The notes under the pieces: generated by a model | Told to the model about the DNA's origin: nothing | Database searches by the model: none | The model's input: the letters and a program-made list of their open reading frames with translations, nothing else | Shown here: positions 20,728 to 30,859 of the stretch, in pieces | How the letters are laid out: each line of letters starts with the position of its first letter | Numbering within the stretch: position 1 is the first letter of the stretch | Made by a program: the position numbers and the translations under genes | NCBI GenBank assembly: GCA_902806405.1 | Contig: CADCWL010000035.1 | Location: 18,928 to 82,927, forward strand | Length of the DNA: 64,000 nt | Origin: an uncultured Thermomicrobiales bacterium | Lineage (GTDB): Bacteria; Chloroflexota; Chloroflexia; Thermomicrobiales; UBA6265 | Direction: 5' to 3'

Positions 20728-21494
20728 CGACCCTCGGCGGGAGCGCCGCCGGCCCGAACCCAGGTCAGGGCTGCTCGGGCTCGCTAGTAGAGATCGGATC
20801 GACGCGCGTGGTGCTCGACCTTGGGCCCGGGACGCTGCCCGAGTTGCGCCGCCACGCCGACTATCGGACCGTCGACGCCGTCGTCATCTCCCACCTCCAC
20901 GTCGATCACGTCCTCGACGTCCTGGCGCTCCGCTACGCCCTTGCCTACAACCCTATACCCCCACCCCATCCGGTTCCGCTTTGGATGCCGCCAGGCGGTC
21001 GCGGTTTTCTTGACCGGGTGGCGCTCGCATTCGCCGGCTCCGACGGTGCTACGTTGTTCTTCGACGAAGTGTTCGAGGTTGCCGAATACGATCCTGAGCG
21101 AACCCTCGATCTCGGCGGGGCGCGGCTCCGCTTCGCTCCGACCGTCCATCCTGCCCCCTGCTGGGCAATCCGAGTCGACGGCATCAATGGCGAGGCTGGG
21201 GTTGGCTACACCGCGGACACTGGCCCGGCAGCCGACCTCGTCCCGCTACTTGCCGGCGCGGCGATCCTGCTCTCCGAGGCGACGTCGCCCCCGATGCCGG
21301 CCGACCATGCAGCGGGCCGCGGTCACCTCACCCCCTCCGAAGCGGCGACGTTGGCAGCGGCGGCCAACGTGTCCACCCTCGTCCTGACTCACCTCTGGGA
21401 GGAGAACGGTATCGAGCGCGCGGTGTCGGAAGCGGCGGCGGTCTTCTCGGGACGGATCGAGGTCGCTCGGCCGGGTCTGTCGTTCGCCTGGTAA
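20718..21494 (+). CDS. MBL-fold metallo-hydrolase
   Basis: HxHxDH motif VISHLHVDHVLD, with later His/Asp ligand regions (GYTADTG, LTHLW). Overlaps the preceding gene by 10 nt. Confidence 0.8.
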   Translation: MRLTTLGGSAAGPNPGQGCSGSLVEIGSTRVVLDLGPGTLPELRRHADYRTVDAVVISHLHVDHVLDVLALRYALAYNPIPPPHPVPLWMPPGGRGFLDRVALAFAGSDGATLFFDEVFEVAEYDPERTLDLGGARLRFAPTVHPAPCWAIRVDGINGEAGVGYTADTGPAADLVPLLAGAAILLSEATSPPMPADHAAGRGHLTPSEAATLAAAANVSTLVLTHLWEENGIERAVSEAAAVFSGRIEVARPGLSFAW

Positions 21495-21648
21495 CCAGGG
21501 TAGCGGTGGCCGCCTTCCAAAGGGGATCGACGCGTGTGCCGTTGCCGCTGCCGAGGGCCGGTGCTAGACTCGGTCGACTTCGTCGCTCCGCAGCGTCGGC
21601 AAGTGCCTTTTCTGTCCCGCGAAGCGAGGGTGATCCTCCTTCGGATCG

Positions 21649-22524
21649 GTGGTCCCGCACCACCAGGTGGCTCGCGCTATGGCCTTTCGACCGCAGCCGC
21701 TCCCGCCCCTCGTGAGCCTCTCAACGGCCCCCTCCTTGCTGCGCCTGTCGACCTTGTTCCGCCTGGCGCAGTCTGCTGGGGCCGACGGCATCGATCTCGA
21801 CCTTTCCGGTCGCCCCCTCCCCGAGCCTTCCCGGGTCGCCCAGGCGGCCGAACGCCACGGTGTGCCGGTTCGCTCCGTCTGGATGCCGCGAGCGAGCGTC
21901 TGGTCGGGATGGAACGCCGACCGTGCGCGGACGGCGGCGGCTGCGGTCGCCCGCGCCACCGACGCCGGCATCTTCATCATCGAGGGGCCGATCACGAGCG
22001 ACGGTGGCGTTCCGCGGTCTGCCGTCACGGCGTTGACCGAGACCGCACGGCCGCTCCTTTCGCCGGGCACGCGCATCGTCGTGGTCCTCCGCCCTCGCCA
22101 TCTCGAAGGGGGACGTCGACACCTCGTCCAGTTGACGGCCTGGCGCCGGCTCGCCGAGGAATGGGAGTTTGGGATCGGTCTCGACCTGAGCGGCCCCGTG
22201 GATGGCCGCTGGGAAGCCGAAGCGGCGGTCTCCCGCCTCGGGAGCAGGCTGACGCTGATGCGATTGCCGTCTGATGTCGTCGCGGCACCCGCTACCGGCG
22301 TAAGGCGGGCGGCCGTCCGCGCATTCGCGGCCGCGATCGACGGCGGCCACCCCGCCCAGTTCGCGGTCGTTGCCGGCGCCCCACTCTGGCAGAGCGGACA
22401 CGTCGCTGGTCAAGCGCGACGCTTTGCGGAGACGAGACGGCGGATCACCGAGCGGTACACGCTGATCGAAGAGCAACGCGCTCTCGACGTTTTCCCGCAT
22501 CCGTGGCCTGGACAACGGGGATAA
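21649..22524 (+). CDS. Hypothetical protein, possibly a xylose-isomerase-like TIM-barrel (sugar-phosphate isomerase/epimerase family)
   Basis: High-GC3 ORF. Weak resemblance at the N-terminus (LSTLFRLAQSAGADGIDLDLSGRP...AERHGVPVRSVW). The functional call is weak. ATG 21679 is an alternative start. Confidence 0.5.
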   Translation: MVPHHQVARAMAFRPQPLPPLVSLSTAPSLLRLSTLFRLAQSAGADGIDLDLSGRPLPEPSRVAQAAERHGVPVRSVWMPRASVWSGWNADRARTAAAAVARATDAGIFIIEGPITSDGGVPRSAVTALTETARPLLSPGTRIVVVLRPRHLEGGRRHLVQLTAWRRLAEEWEFGIGLDLSGPVDGRWEAEAAVSRLGSRLTLMRLPSDVVAAPATGVRRAAVRAFAAAIDGGHPAQFAVVAGAPLWQSGHVAGQARRFAETRRRITERYTLIEEQRALDVFPHPWPGQRG

Positions 22525-22610
22525 GGGACGGAATCGAGGGGACGCGGGAAGCGGTCCCGGTCTCAATGACGTCATCTCCCTCCACGGCTTCCACCGGAGC
22601 TGAGAACGCG

Positions 22611-22643
22611 AAAACGGGCGGTGCCTCTCGGCACCGCCCGTTT
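22611..22643. terminator. Bidirectional intrinsic terminator between convergent genes
   Basis: AAA-ACGGGCGGTGCC-TCTC-GGCACCGCCCGT-TT. A 12-bp perfect stem flanked by an A tract and a T tract, so it can serve both rpsI (minus) and the plus-strand gene ending at 22524. Confidence 0.65.
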
Positions 22644-22663
22644 GACTGAATCCTCGTCCGACC

Positions 22664-23062
22664 TTACCGCTTGGTGTACTGGGGCGCCTTCCGGGCCCGC
22701 TTCAACCCCACCTTCTTCCGTTCCTTCACGCGCGCGTCGCGGGTGAGCAGCTTCGCGGCCTTCAGGTCCGGGCGTAGCTCCTCGTTGAACCGGAGCAAGG
22801 CCCGGGCAATGCCGTGGCGGATGGCACCAGCCTGTCCGGCGACGCCACCGCCGGCCACGCGCACGGTGATGTTGAATCGGTCTAGGGTGCCGGTCAGACG
22901 GAGCGGGTGAGTGATATTCGTCTGGTGGAGCACCCGGCCCCCGAAATACTCCTGGACCGGTTTGCCGTTGACGGTGATGCCGCCCTCGCCCGGGTGGAGG
23001 CGAACCCGCGCCACCGCCTCTTTTCGGCGCCCCGTTCCGTAATGGAAGGTCGTCTCGCTCAC
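22664..23062 (-). CDS. rpsI: 30S ribosomal protein S9
   Basis: [14 protein letters not shown]...[19 protein letters not shown]...[23 protein letters not shown]. Confidence 0.97.
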   Translation of the reverse strand: MSETTFHYGTGRRKEAVARVRLHPGEGGITVNGKPVQEYFGGRVLHQTNITHPLRLTGTLDRFNITVRVAGGGVAGQAGAIRHGIARALLRFNEELRPDLKAAKLLTRDARVKERKKVGLKRARKAPQYTKR

Positions 23063-23093
23063 GGCTGCGTATCCTCTCGTCGTCTACCTCGGG

Positions 23094-23564
23094 TCAGGCG
23101 GAGTGGCGAAGCGCGCCGCTGCCCGCGATCTCAAGCGGCTTGGGTTGTTGACTGGCATGCGGGTGCCTTGCACCGGCGTATATCTTCAGCTTCTTGAGCT
23201 GCTGCTCGCCAAGCAGCGTCCTAGGCAGCATGCCTCGCACCGCCGCCTCGATGATTCGCTCCGGATGGGTCCGCCGCATCTGGGCAACGGACGTCTGCTT
23301 CAGCCCACCCGGGTAGTTGGAATGCCGGTAGTAAAACTTCTGGGTCTCCTTCTTGCCCGTCAGTACCACCTTGTCGGCGTTGACAACAATCACGAAGTCG
23401 CCGACGTCCATGTGCGGTGCGTACCCCGGCTTGGTCTTGCCGCGCAGCGACTGGGCGACGACCGAGGCGAGTCGCCCAAGGGTTGCCCCTTCCGCGTCGA
23501 CGACGAACCACTGCCGTCCGAGGTGCGTCTCGTGCTGCTTCGGTGAGTAGGTGCGCCGCTCCAC
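23094..23564 (-). CDS. rplM: 50S ribosomal protein L13
   Basis: [47 protein letters not shown]. Has a ~14-aa C-terminal extension. Confidence 0.97.
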   Translation of the reverse strand: MERRTYSPKQHETHLGRQWFVVDAEGATLGRLASVVAQSLRGKTKPGYAPHMDVGDFVIVVNADKVVLTGKKETQKFYYRHSNYPGGLKQTSVAQMRRTHPERIIEAAVRGMLPRTLLGEQQLKKLKIYAGARHPHASQQPKPLEIAGSGALRHSA

Positions 23565-23621
23565 GGTTTCGTGCTCCTTCGATCGATCACGCGCCGTCGT
23601 TTCGTGCCGTTGTGCAAACTG

Positions 23622-24461
23622 TCAGGTGTCGGTGAGCCCGCCGACACGGTCGGCGTCCGGCGTCTCCTCACCATAGCCAACACGCCAGAAGGTGAGGCCG
23701 TGCGCCGGAGCCGTCGCCACCCCGCACCGACGGTCCCGGGCCACCATCACCTCGTCCAGCCATTCGCTCGGTCTCGCACCCCGACCGACTTCTACGAGCG
23801 CGCCGACCAGATTCCGCACCATCCGGGGCAAGAACCCGTCGGCCGCCACCCGGATCTCGATCAACCTGCCGCCACCCGACTCCGGTCCCCACCACGGGGC
23901 GATCTCGTCGCAACGGCAAAGGAAAACCCGGCGGGTCGTCCCCCGCGGCAGCGCTCGCCGCGCCGCCCACGGCACCCCGTCACCGGCCCCCGCTAGACTC
24001 GCAAAGTCGTGAAGGCCCACGATCCCGGCCGCTGCCACCGCCATCACCGCCGGATCGAGCGACTCCGCCCGATACCATGCAACGCGTCGGGCGAGCGGCT
24101 GAGGCGGGCCCGACCATGCCCGGTATCGATACTCGCGCCAGAGCGCATCGTAGCGGGCATGGAACGCGTCGCTTCGGCGGTCCACCCGAACGACAGCGAG
24201 ATCAGCCGGAAGCTGAGCATTGATCGCCGCCCGTACCGCCGAGACGTTTAACCGCGGGCGCCTATCCTCGCACCCGACCACTTGACCTGACGCATGGACC
24301 CCACGGTCCGTCCTGCCGGCGAAAATGGTCCTGCCTTCTCCGCCGAGCGCCGAAGCAACCGCTCGTTCAAGTTCCGCTTGAACGGTTCGCTGCCCCGGCT
24401 GAACCTGAGAGCCCGCGAAATCCGACCCGTCATAAGCGATCGTCAGGGCCAGTCTTGCCAC
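23622..24461 (-). CDS. truA: tRNA pseudouridine(38-40) synthase
   Basis: IAYDGSDFAGSQVQPGQRTVQAELE...AGRTDRGVHASGQV (catalytic Asp motif RTDxGVHA). Confidence 0.93.
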   Translation of the reverse strand: MARLALTIAYDGSDFAGSQVQPGQRTVQAELERAVASALGGEGRTIFAGRTDRGVHASGQVVGCEDRRPRLNVSAVRAAINAQLPADLAVVRVDRRSDAFHARYDALWREYRYRAWSGPPQPLARRVAWYRAESLDPAVMAVAAAGIVGLHDFASLAGAGDGVPWAARRALPRGTTRRVFLCRCDEIAPWWGPESGGGRLIEIRVAADGFLPRMVRNLVGALVEVGRGARPSEWLDEVMVARDRRCGVATAPAHGLTFWRVGYGEETPDADRVGGLTDT

Positions 24462-24493
24462 GGACGCCTCACCAAACCCGATCGCGCCGTCGG

Positions 24494-24847
24494 CTATTCG
24501 ACCAGCTCGATCAACGCCATCGGCGCCGCATCCCCGTGGCGCGGCCCGAGCTTGGAGATCCGCGTGTACCCCCCCGGCGCCGCTTCGTAACGGGGTGCGA
24601 TGACGTCGAACAGCTTCGCCGCCGCCAACGGATGATCGATGCGTGACATGACCAGTTTCCGGTGGTGCGGGGAGTCGTCCCGCGCCATCGTGATCAGTTT
24701 TTCGACCACCGGTCGCAGCGTCTTCGCTTTCGCCTCGGTCGTCGTGATCCGCTCGTGGAGGATCATCGAGATCGCCAGCTGGCGCAGGAGCGCCGTGCGC
24801 TGCGCCGGGTTCCGGCCGAACTTGCGGCCGGCCTTCTGATGCCTCAT
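24494..24847 (-). CDS. rplQ: 50S ribosomal protein L17
   Basis: MRHQKAGRKFGRNPAQRTALLRQLAISMILHERITTTEAKAK. Confidence 0.97.
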   Translation of the reverse strand: MRHQKAGRKFGRNPAQRTALLRQLAISMILHERITTTEAKAKTLRPVVEKLITMARDDSPHHRKLVMSRIDHPLAAAKLFDVIAPRYEAAPGGYTRISKLGPRHGDAAPMALIELVE

Positions 24848-25974
24848 TGGGCCTCCTCGTCGCCGGGTGCCGCGCCGACCGCAGCGATTTCGCCGCGGAG
24901 AGACGCGATCGCCTCCGTCACCTCGTCGTCCGTTCCCGCCGGCGCACCGGCCCCCGCTCCGTCAGGATCCTCGTCCGCGACACCGTCGTCCAGTCCCTCG
25001 GGATAGGACGCGTCCGCGGCGAAGGCGCCGCTGACACCCTCGGGCAGGTACCCGAACTCGGCGAGTTTCTCGCGCAGCTCGGAGAGCGACCGGGGGCCGA
25101 AGTTTCGGATCGAGAGGAGCTGGTCCGGGTCCATCGTCAGGACTTGGCCCACCCGCTCGATCTGCTTGCTCCGCAGCGCGTTGAGAACGCGCGGCGAAAG
25201 CCCCAACTCGGCGAGGGCCTTGTTCTGCACCTCGTCGGAGATGAACGGACTGGCCGCAGCGGCCGCCACGCGCGCGCCGCGGTTTAGCTCGGAGAAGACG
25301 CGTGCGTGGTCCGCGAGGATCAGTGCTGCCTCAGCGAGCGCATCGTCCGGTTCGATGGTGCCGTCGGTTAGCACCTCAATCACCAACCGGTCGGAGTCGC
25401 TCCCGGTGCCGGCGCGCGTCCGCTCGACGACAAAGTTGACCTTCTCGATCGGCGTAAAGATCGCATCGATCGGAATCTCGCCGAGCGAGAAGGTTTCCTG
25501 CTGCTCGGCCGGGCGGTATCCGCGGTCGCGGGTTACCCAGATGTCCATGTCGAGCACGCCTTCCGGCGCGTCGATCGTGGCGATGACCTGATCAGGGTTG
25601 ACGAGGTCCACCTCCGAGGGCCACGCCACGTCGCCCGCGGTCACCACCCGCTCTCCGGCGGCATCGCCGCGGACGAACAGGTGGGCGCGTGCCTCACCGT
25701 TGATCTCGATCACCCGCTTCAGTCGGACCCGCTTCAGGTTGAGGACGATCTCCGTCACGTCCTCGCGGACATGGTCGATCGTCGAGAACTCGTGCCAGAC
25801 GTTGTCGATCCTGATTCGGGATACGGCAACGCCCTCAAGCGACCGCAGGAGGATGCGCCGCAGGGCATTGCCCAGCGTCGTGCCGTAACCGGACTCCAAC
25901 GGCTCCGCAACGTAGCGGCCGTAGTTGAGCCCGGTCTCGACGGTTTCGATGTGGAACCGCGATCGTTCAGACAA
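24844..25974 (-). CDS. rpoA: DNA-directed RNA polymerase subunit alpha, with an acidic C-terminal extension
   Basis: YGRYVAEPLESGYGTTLGNALRRILL. Alpha-CTD LGLSPRVLNALRSKQIERVGQVL. TTG start at 25974. About 50 extra Asp/Glu/Ala-rich residues at the C-terminus. Confidence 0.95.
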   Translation of the reverse strand: MSERSRFHIETVETGLNYGRYVAEPLESGYGTTLGNALRRILLRSLEGVAVSRIRIDNVWHEFSTIDHVREDVTEIVLNLKRVRLKRVIEINGEARAHLFVRGDAAGERVVTAGDVAWPSEVDLVNPDQVIATIDAPEGVLDMDIWVTRDRGYRPAEQQETFSLGEIPIDAIFTPIEKVNFVVERTRAGTGSDSDRLVIEVLTDGTIEPDDALAEAALILADHARVFSELNRGARVAAAAASPFISDEVQNKALAELGLSPRVLNALRSKQIERVGQVLTMDPDQLLSIRNFGPRSLSELREKLAEFGYLPEGVSGAFAADASYPEGLDDGVADEDPDGAGAGAPAGTDDEVTEAIASLRGEIAAVGAAPGDEEAQ

Positions 25975-26103
25975 GGCGAACTCGCTTCCTTAGAAGAAGG
26001 ATGATCGGCGGACGGCGAAAGGCTGTCGGCGGCGGGGCAACACGATACTGGAGGCGGATCACCGTCGTCGCTCCTCCCGCCTGCCGCCCCCGGTTCACCG
26101 AAA

Positions 26104-26748
26104 CTAGCGGCTGTAGTGCTCCACGATCAGCGCCTCATTGAAGACAGGCACTTCGATCTGCTCGCGCTGGGGAAGGTTCAGGACCTTCCCGCTTAAGGCG
26201 GGTGCGTCGACGGTCAGCCACTCCGGTGCTCGCCGCGTGTTCAGGACCTCGGTATAGTCCGTGAAGTACTCTCGCGCCCGACTCCCGGGGCGAACCGAGA
26301 TTTCGTCGTTCGGCTTCACCAGGAACGATGGAATGTTCGTCTTTCGCCCGTTCACCACGAAGTGACCGTGGCGGACGAGCTGGCGCGCCTGTTTGCGAGA
26401 ATCGGCAAAACCAAGCCGGTAGACGACGTTGTCGAGCCGGCTCTCCAAAATCTGGAGCAGGTTATCCCCGGTGACGCCGCCGCGGCGCTCCGCCTCGACG
26501 AAGTGCTTGTGGAACTGGGTTTCCATCACGCCGTAGAAGCGACGGACCTTCTGCTTCTCCCGTAGTTGAAGTCCGAACTCCGAGGGTCGCCGCGTGCGCC
26601 GCTGACCGTGTTGGCCTGGCGGGTAGTTTTTCGCTGGCTGCCGCTGAACGATCGGGCACTTTGGCCCATCGCAGCGAGACCCCTTCAAGTAGAGCTTCAT
26701 CCCTTCCCGCCGACACAACCGGCAGACAGGTCCCGTGTACCTCGCCAT
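26104..26748 (-). CDS. rpsD: 30S ribosomal protein S4
   Basis: [26 protein letters not shown]...YGVMETQF...[12 protein letters not shown]. Confidence 0.97.
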   Translation of the reverse strand: MARYTGPVCRLCRREGMKLYLKGSRCDGPKCPIVQRQPAKNYPPGQHGQRRTRRPSEFGLQLREKQKVRRFYGVMETQFHKHFVEAERRGGVTGDNLLQILESRLDNVVYRLGFADSRKQARQLVRHGHFVVNGRKTNIPSFLVKPNDEISVRPGSRAREYFTDYTEVLNTRRAPEWLTVDAPALSGKVLNLPQREQIEVPVFNEALIVEHYSR

Positions 26749-26829
26749 TCCTCGTTCCGTCCTCCCAATACGTCGGTGCGAGCGGCCGACGCTCGGACCA
26801 CACGCGCTGTGATGCGTTTTCGAGTGGGC

Positions 26830-27243
26830 TTAGACTCGGCGCCGCTTTGGCGGCCGACAGCCGTTGTGCGGAATGGGCGTCGTATCGGTGATCGACGTCA
26901 CCTGCACGCCGCTCGTTTGGAGGGAGCGGATTGCCATCTCTCGACCCGACCCGGGCCCCCGTACGAAGACGTCGACCTGGCGCAGACCATGCTCCATCGC
27001 CTTCCGCGCCGCCTGCTCGGCGGTCACCTGAGCTGCGTACGGAGTGCTCTTCCTGCTCCCTTTAAACCCGTTGGAGCCGGCGCTCGACCAGGAGATTACG
27101 TTCCCGGCCGGGTCGGTCAAGGTCACCATCGTATTGTTGAAGGTTGACTGCACGTAGGCGCGTCCACGGGGAATGTTCTTTCGATCCCGCTTCCGAACAC
27201 GCGCCTTCCGCGCCGGCCCAGTTCCTCGCCGCCGCTCCGCCAT
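26830..27243 (-). CDS. rpsK: 30S ribosomal protein S11
   Basis: [30 protein letters not shown]...[15 protein letters not shown] lies 6 nt before ATG 27243; the listed ORF starts at 27255. Confidence 0.96.
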   Translation of the reverse strand: MAERRRGTGPARKARVRKRDRKNIPRGRAYVQSTFNNTMVTLTDPAGNVISWSSAGSNGFKGSRKSTPYAAQVTAEQAARKAMEHGLRQVDVFVRGPGSGREMAIRSLQTSGVQVTSITDTTPIPHNGCRPPKRRRV

Positions 27244-27297
27244 AACACTCCACATCCTTCCAGGGGGCGCCGCCCGCTACCCGCCCGAGCGGCGCCG

Positions 27298-27666
27298 CTA
27301 CTTCTTCTTGCGGCCGCCGACGGCTCGCCGAGGACCGCGCCTCGTCCGCGCATTGGTTCGGGTCCGCTGCCCGCGCAAGGGCAGGCCGCGCCGGTGCCGC
27401 AGTCCACGATACGAGCCGATGTCCATCAGCCGCTTGACGTTCATCGAGATCTCGCGGCGGAGGTCGCCCTCCACGCGCATCTCTTTGTCGACGATCTCCC
27501 TGATCCGGCCCACCTCGTCGTCGGACAGATCCCGGACGCGCGTCTCCGGATTGATTCGGGTCCGCTCCAGCAACCGCTGACTCGTGTGCAGCCCGATCCC
27601 GTAGATGTAGGTCAACCCGATCTCGACGCGCTTCTCGCGCGGGAGGTCGACACCGGAAACTCTCGC
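27298..27666 (-). CDS. rpsM: 30S ribosomal protein S13
   Basis: [26 protein letters not shown]...[24 protein letters not shown]. The listed ORF is over-extended to 27702. Confidence 0.96.
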   Translation of the reverse strand, partial: ARVSGVDLPREKRVEIGLTYIYGIGLHTSQRLLERTRINPETRVRDLSDDEVGRIREIVDKEMRVEGDLRREISMNVKRLMDIGSYRGLRHRRGLPLRGQRTRTNARTRRGPRRAVGGRKKK

Positions 27667-27729
27667 CATGCTCCGCTCCCACCTCCCCCGCCGATCCGCC
27701 ATGGCCGAACGGGGAATCCTTTGTCCTAC

Positions 27730-27843
27730 TTAGCCTTGTCGCTGCTTGTGACGCGGGTTCGTGCAGATTACCCGTACGACGCCGTCTCGCCGAATCACCT
27801 TGCAGCGCTCGCAGCGTCGCGTCACGGATGCGGCCACCTTCAT
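27730..27843 (-). CDS. rpmJ: 50S ribosomal protein L36
   Basis: [37 protein letters not shown] (37 aa, C3H Zn motif). The listed ORF is over-extended. Confidence 0.95.
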   Translation of the reverse strand: MKVAASVTRRCERCKVIRRDGVVRVICTNPRHKQRQG

Positions 27844-27875
27844 GCCAGTCAGTCCTCTCATCGCGCCCAACCGAC

Positions 27876-27919
27876 GCCGTCGCCGCACGCGGCGACGGCG
27901 CATGTCAGACGACATGCGC
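27876..27919 (-). other. Two abutting perfect 9-bp hairpins in the map-rpmJ spacer
   Basis: Plus strand: GCCGTCGCC-gcacgc-GGCGACGGC at 27876-27899, and GCGCATGTC-agac-GACATGCGC at 27898-27919. The two share 2 nt. Confidence 0.5.
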
Positions 27920-27927
27920 CGAAGTCG

Positions 27928-28695
27928 CTAGTGTAGCACCGGAGCCAGGCGTTCTGTCAAGACGTCCCCGCCCTCCGTCGTCACGACCACGGTGTGCTCG
28001 AAGTGAGCTGCCAGCGATCCGTCGGCCGTCACGACCGTCCATTTGTCAGCAAGCACCCGGGTTTCCTCACCGCCGGTCGTCAGCATCGGCTCAATCGCCA
28101 GCGTGAGGCCCTGCCGAAGCGGGGTGCCCCGGGTCGGGTCACCGTGGTTCGGCACGTGGGGATCTTCGTGCATCTGACGGCCAATACCGTGCCCACCGTA
28201 TTCACGGACCACTCCGTACCCCCTCTCCCCGGCGTACCGCTCCACCGCGTTGCTGACGGCGCCTAGGCGGCGGCCAGCGACCGCCGCCGCCACCGCAGTC
28301 TGGAGCGCGCCCTCGGTCGCGACCAGCAGCCCCGCTGCTTCGTCAGAGACGCGACCGACCGGATAGGTCCAGGCCGAGTCGCCATGGAAGCCGTCGACGA
28401 TGGCCCCGACGTCGACCGAGACGATGTCCCCCTCCTGGAGTACCCGCGGCCCGGGGATCCCGTGCACGATCTCTTCGTTGACGGAGGCACAGATGTGGCC
28501 GGGAAAGCCGTGATACCCGAGGAACGAGGAGGTCGCGTCGGCCTCGGAGAGCGCCTCGCGCGCGATCGCGTCTAGCTCCGCCGTGGTGACGCCGGGCGCG
28601 ATCGCCCGCTCGATCCGATCGTGGATGATCGCCACGAGGCGGCCCGCGGTGCGCATCCGCTCGATCTCACGCCCGTTCTTGATGTTGATTCCCAT
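27928..28695 (-). CDS. map: Type I methionine aminopeptidase
   Basis: GYHGFPGHICASVNEEIVHGIP, VSVDVGAIVDGFHGDSA, EYGGHGIG, LAIEPM, HFEHTV. An alternative TTG at 28704 overlaps the adk stop. Confidence 0.93.
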   Translation of the reverse strand: MGINIKNGREIERMRTAGRLVAIIHDRIERAIAPGVTTAELDAIAREALSEADATSSFLGYHGFPGHICASVNEEIVHGIPGPRVLQEGDIVSVDVGAIVDGFHGDSAWTYPVGRVSDEAAGLLVATEGALQTAVAAAVAGRRLGAVSNAVERYAGERGYGVVREYGGHGIGRQMHEDPHVPNHGDPTRGTPLRQGLTLAIEPMLTTGGEETRVLADKWTVVTADGSLAAHFEHTVVVTTEGGDVLTERLAPVLH

Positions 28696-28700
28696 ACGCT

Positions 28701-29417
28701 TCAACCCTGTTCTCCGGCCGTCGGCGAGACCGCCGCGTTTGCAGAAGGGACGTGACGGGTGATCGCAGCTACGATCGCCTCCGTCACCGCTTCGATCGGC
28801 CGATCCCCGTCGACCGCGGCGACCAGCCCCCGCTCCTCGTAATAGGCAAGGAGCGGCTCCGTCTGCTTGAAGTAGATCTCGAGCCGCTTCGTCACGGCCT
28901 CCGCCGTGTCGTCTTCACGCTGGACCACCTCCCCTCCGCAGCGGTCGCAGACGCCGTCCGCTCGCGGGGGGTTAAACTCAACGTGGTAGACGGCACCGCA
29001 CCGTTTGCAGACTCGGCGTCCGGCCAGCCGCGCGACCAGCATCGCCAGTGGCACGTCGATCCGGACGACCGCGGTGATCGCTTGCTCCCGCCGCGCCAGC
29101 GCAGCGTCGAGCGCCTTTGCCTGCTCGCGATTCCGGGGGAACCCGTCGAACAGGGCCCCGCCTACCCCCTCGCCGAGATCGCGCTCTCGGTCGATCTCGT
29201 CCAGCTTCTCCTCAACGAGGCCGATCGTGAGGTCGTCCGGGACGAGATCGCCCCGGTCATAGAGGTCTTTAATGCGACGACCAAGGCCGGTCCGGGCCGC
29301 GATCGCCGCACGGAAAAGCTCGCCCGTGGCGACCTGCGTGAGACCCAGGCGGGGCCCAATCCGCCCCGCCTGGGTCCCCTTGCCCGACCCCTGCGGCCCC
29401 ATCAAAATCACGTTCAT
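28701..29417 (-). CDS. adk: Adenylate kinase (Zn-lid type)
   Basis: P-loop MGPQGSGKGTQ. Lid CKRCGAVYHVEFNPPRADGVCDRCGGEVVQRED. Confidence 0.95.
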   Translation of the reverse strand: MNVILMGPQGSGKGTQAGRIGPRLGLTQVATGELFRAAIAARTGLGRRIKDLYDRGDLVPDDLTIGLVEEKLDEIDRERDLGEGVGGALFDGFPRNREQAKALDAALARREQAITAVVRIDVPLAMLVARLAGRRVCKRCGAVYHVEFNPPRADGVCDRCGGEVVQREDDTAEAVTKRLEIYFKQTEPLLAYYEERGLVAAVDGDRPIEAVTEAIVAAITRHVPSANAAVSPTAGEQG

Positions 29418-29539
29418 GCCGTGCCTTCGGTTCCGAGCTATGGGCTGAAAGCCACAAGACGCATCCCGCCAGGCCGCGCGGCCGACGTTCGGAGGTCCGC
29501 CGGCGGGCTTCGTCCCGGCTCATGGCCCTTGGCTCTCAG

Positions 29540-30856
29540 CTATCGGATGAACCCTTCGTAATTCCGCATCATGAGTTGCGCTTCGAGCTGGCGCATCGTG
29601 TCGATCGCCACGCCGACCACGATCAGCAGCGACGTTGCGCTCAGGAGGAGCGTGTTCACCCCCGTAATCCGCGACGCAATGAACGGCAGGATCGCGACCA
29701 GTCCCAGGAAGAGTGCCCCGACCAGGGTGATCCGGTTAAGCACCCGCGTCAGGTACGTCGCCGTGTTCTTGCCCGGACGCACGCCCGGGATGAACGCCCC
29801 TTGGCGCTGGAGGTTTTCGGGGATCTTTTGCTGCTGAAAGATGACCATCGTGTAGAAGTAGGTGAAGCCGACCACCATCAAAAAGTAGATGATGTTGTAC
29901 TGGAGGGTGGTCGGCCCCAGAAATTGGGTCAGGTCCCCGGCGAAGTTACGCAGCCACTCCCGATCAGAGGTAGCCAAAAACTGCGCGATCAAGCCGGGGA
30001 AGACCATGATACTGACGGCGAAGATCAGCGGGATCATCCCGGCGGAGTTCACCTTGAGCGGGATAAAGGTCGTGTTCCCGCCGTATTGCCGACCCGCGCG
30101 GACCCGCTTCGCATGGTGGACAGGGATGCGGCGCTGCCCCTCGTTGATCAGGACGATGCCGACGATCGTCAGCAGTCCGATGAGGACGAAGATCGCCGTT
30201 CCGATCACGTTCTGACCGACCGAGCTGCCGGTGGCGAGGTCGCCTAGACTGCCGGGCAGCGAAGCGACGATTCCACCAAAGATCAGGATCGAGATGCCAT
30301 TGCCGATCCCATTCTCCGTGATCAACTCACCGATCCAGACCAACAGCATCGTGCCGGCCGTCATCGACATCAGGATTGCCAGGGTTGGCAAGAACGTGTC
30401 GCCGTTGAACAGGTCGAACCCTTCAAGGAGCGCTCCCCCGCCCGGGCTCTGCTGCTGAGAGAAGAGGACTGCCTGGCCATACCCTTGAAGCAGCGCCAAC
30501 GGCACGGTCAGCCAGTGGGTGTACTGGTTGATTCGGTTCCGGCCCTGCTGCCCCTCGTTTGAGAGCTCGGTTAGCCGCGGCACGATGGGGGTCATCAGCT
30601 GCATGATGATAGAGGCCGTGATGTAGGGATAAACCCCTAGCGCGGCGACCGAGAAGTTCTGGAGACCGCTCCCGGAGAACGCGTTCAGCACCCCCAGCAG
30701 CTGGTTGCCACGGATGAACTCCTGCAACCCTTCGCGGTCGACCCCGGGCACCGGGATCGAGGCCACGAAGCGGAAGATCACCAGCATCGCGAGGGTGAAC
30801 AGGATCTTCCGCCGCAGGTCGGGGATGCGGAAGGCGTTGACGACGGCCTGCAGCAT
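29540..30856 (-). CDS. secY: Preprotein translocase subunit SecY
   Basis: IPDLRRKILFTLAMLVIFR...LGVYPYITASIIMQLM. Ten hydrophobic segments and the expected position in the spc operon. Confidence 0.96.
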   Translation of the reverse strand: MLQAVVNAFRIPDLRRKILFTLAMLVIFRFVASIPVPGVDREGLQEFIRGNQLLGVLNAFSGSGLQNFSVAALGVYPYITASIIMQLMTPIVPRLTELSNEGQQGRNRINQYTHWLTVPLALLQGYGQAVLFSQQQSPGGGALLEGFDLFNGDTFLPTLAILMSMTAGTMLLVWIGELITENGIGNGISILIFGGIVASLPGSLGDLATGSSVGQNVIGTAIFVLIGLLTIVGIVLINEGQRRIPVHHAKRVRAGRQYGGNTTFIPLKVNSAGMIPLIFAVSIMVFPGLIAQFLATSDREWLRNFAGDLTQFLGPTTLQYNIIYFLMVVGFTYFYTMVIFQQQKIPENLQRQGAFIPGVRPGKNTATYLTRVLNRITLVGALFLGLVAILPFIASRITGVNTLLLSATSLLIVVGVAIDTMRQLEAQLMMRNYEGFIR

Positions 30857-30859
30857 CGC

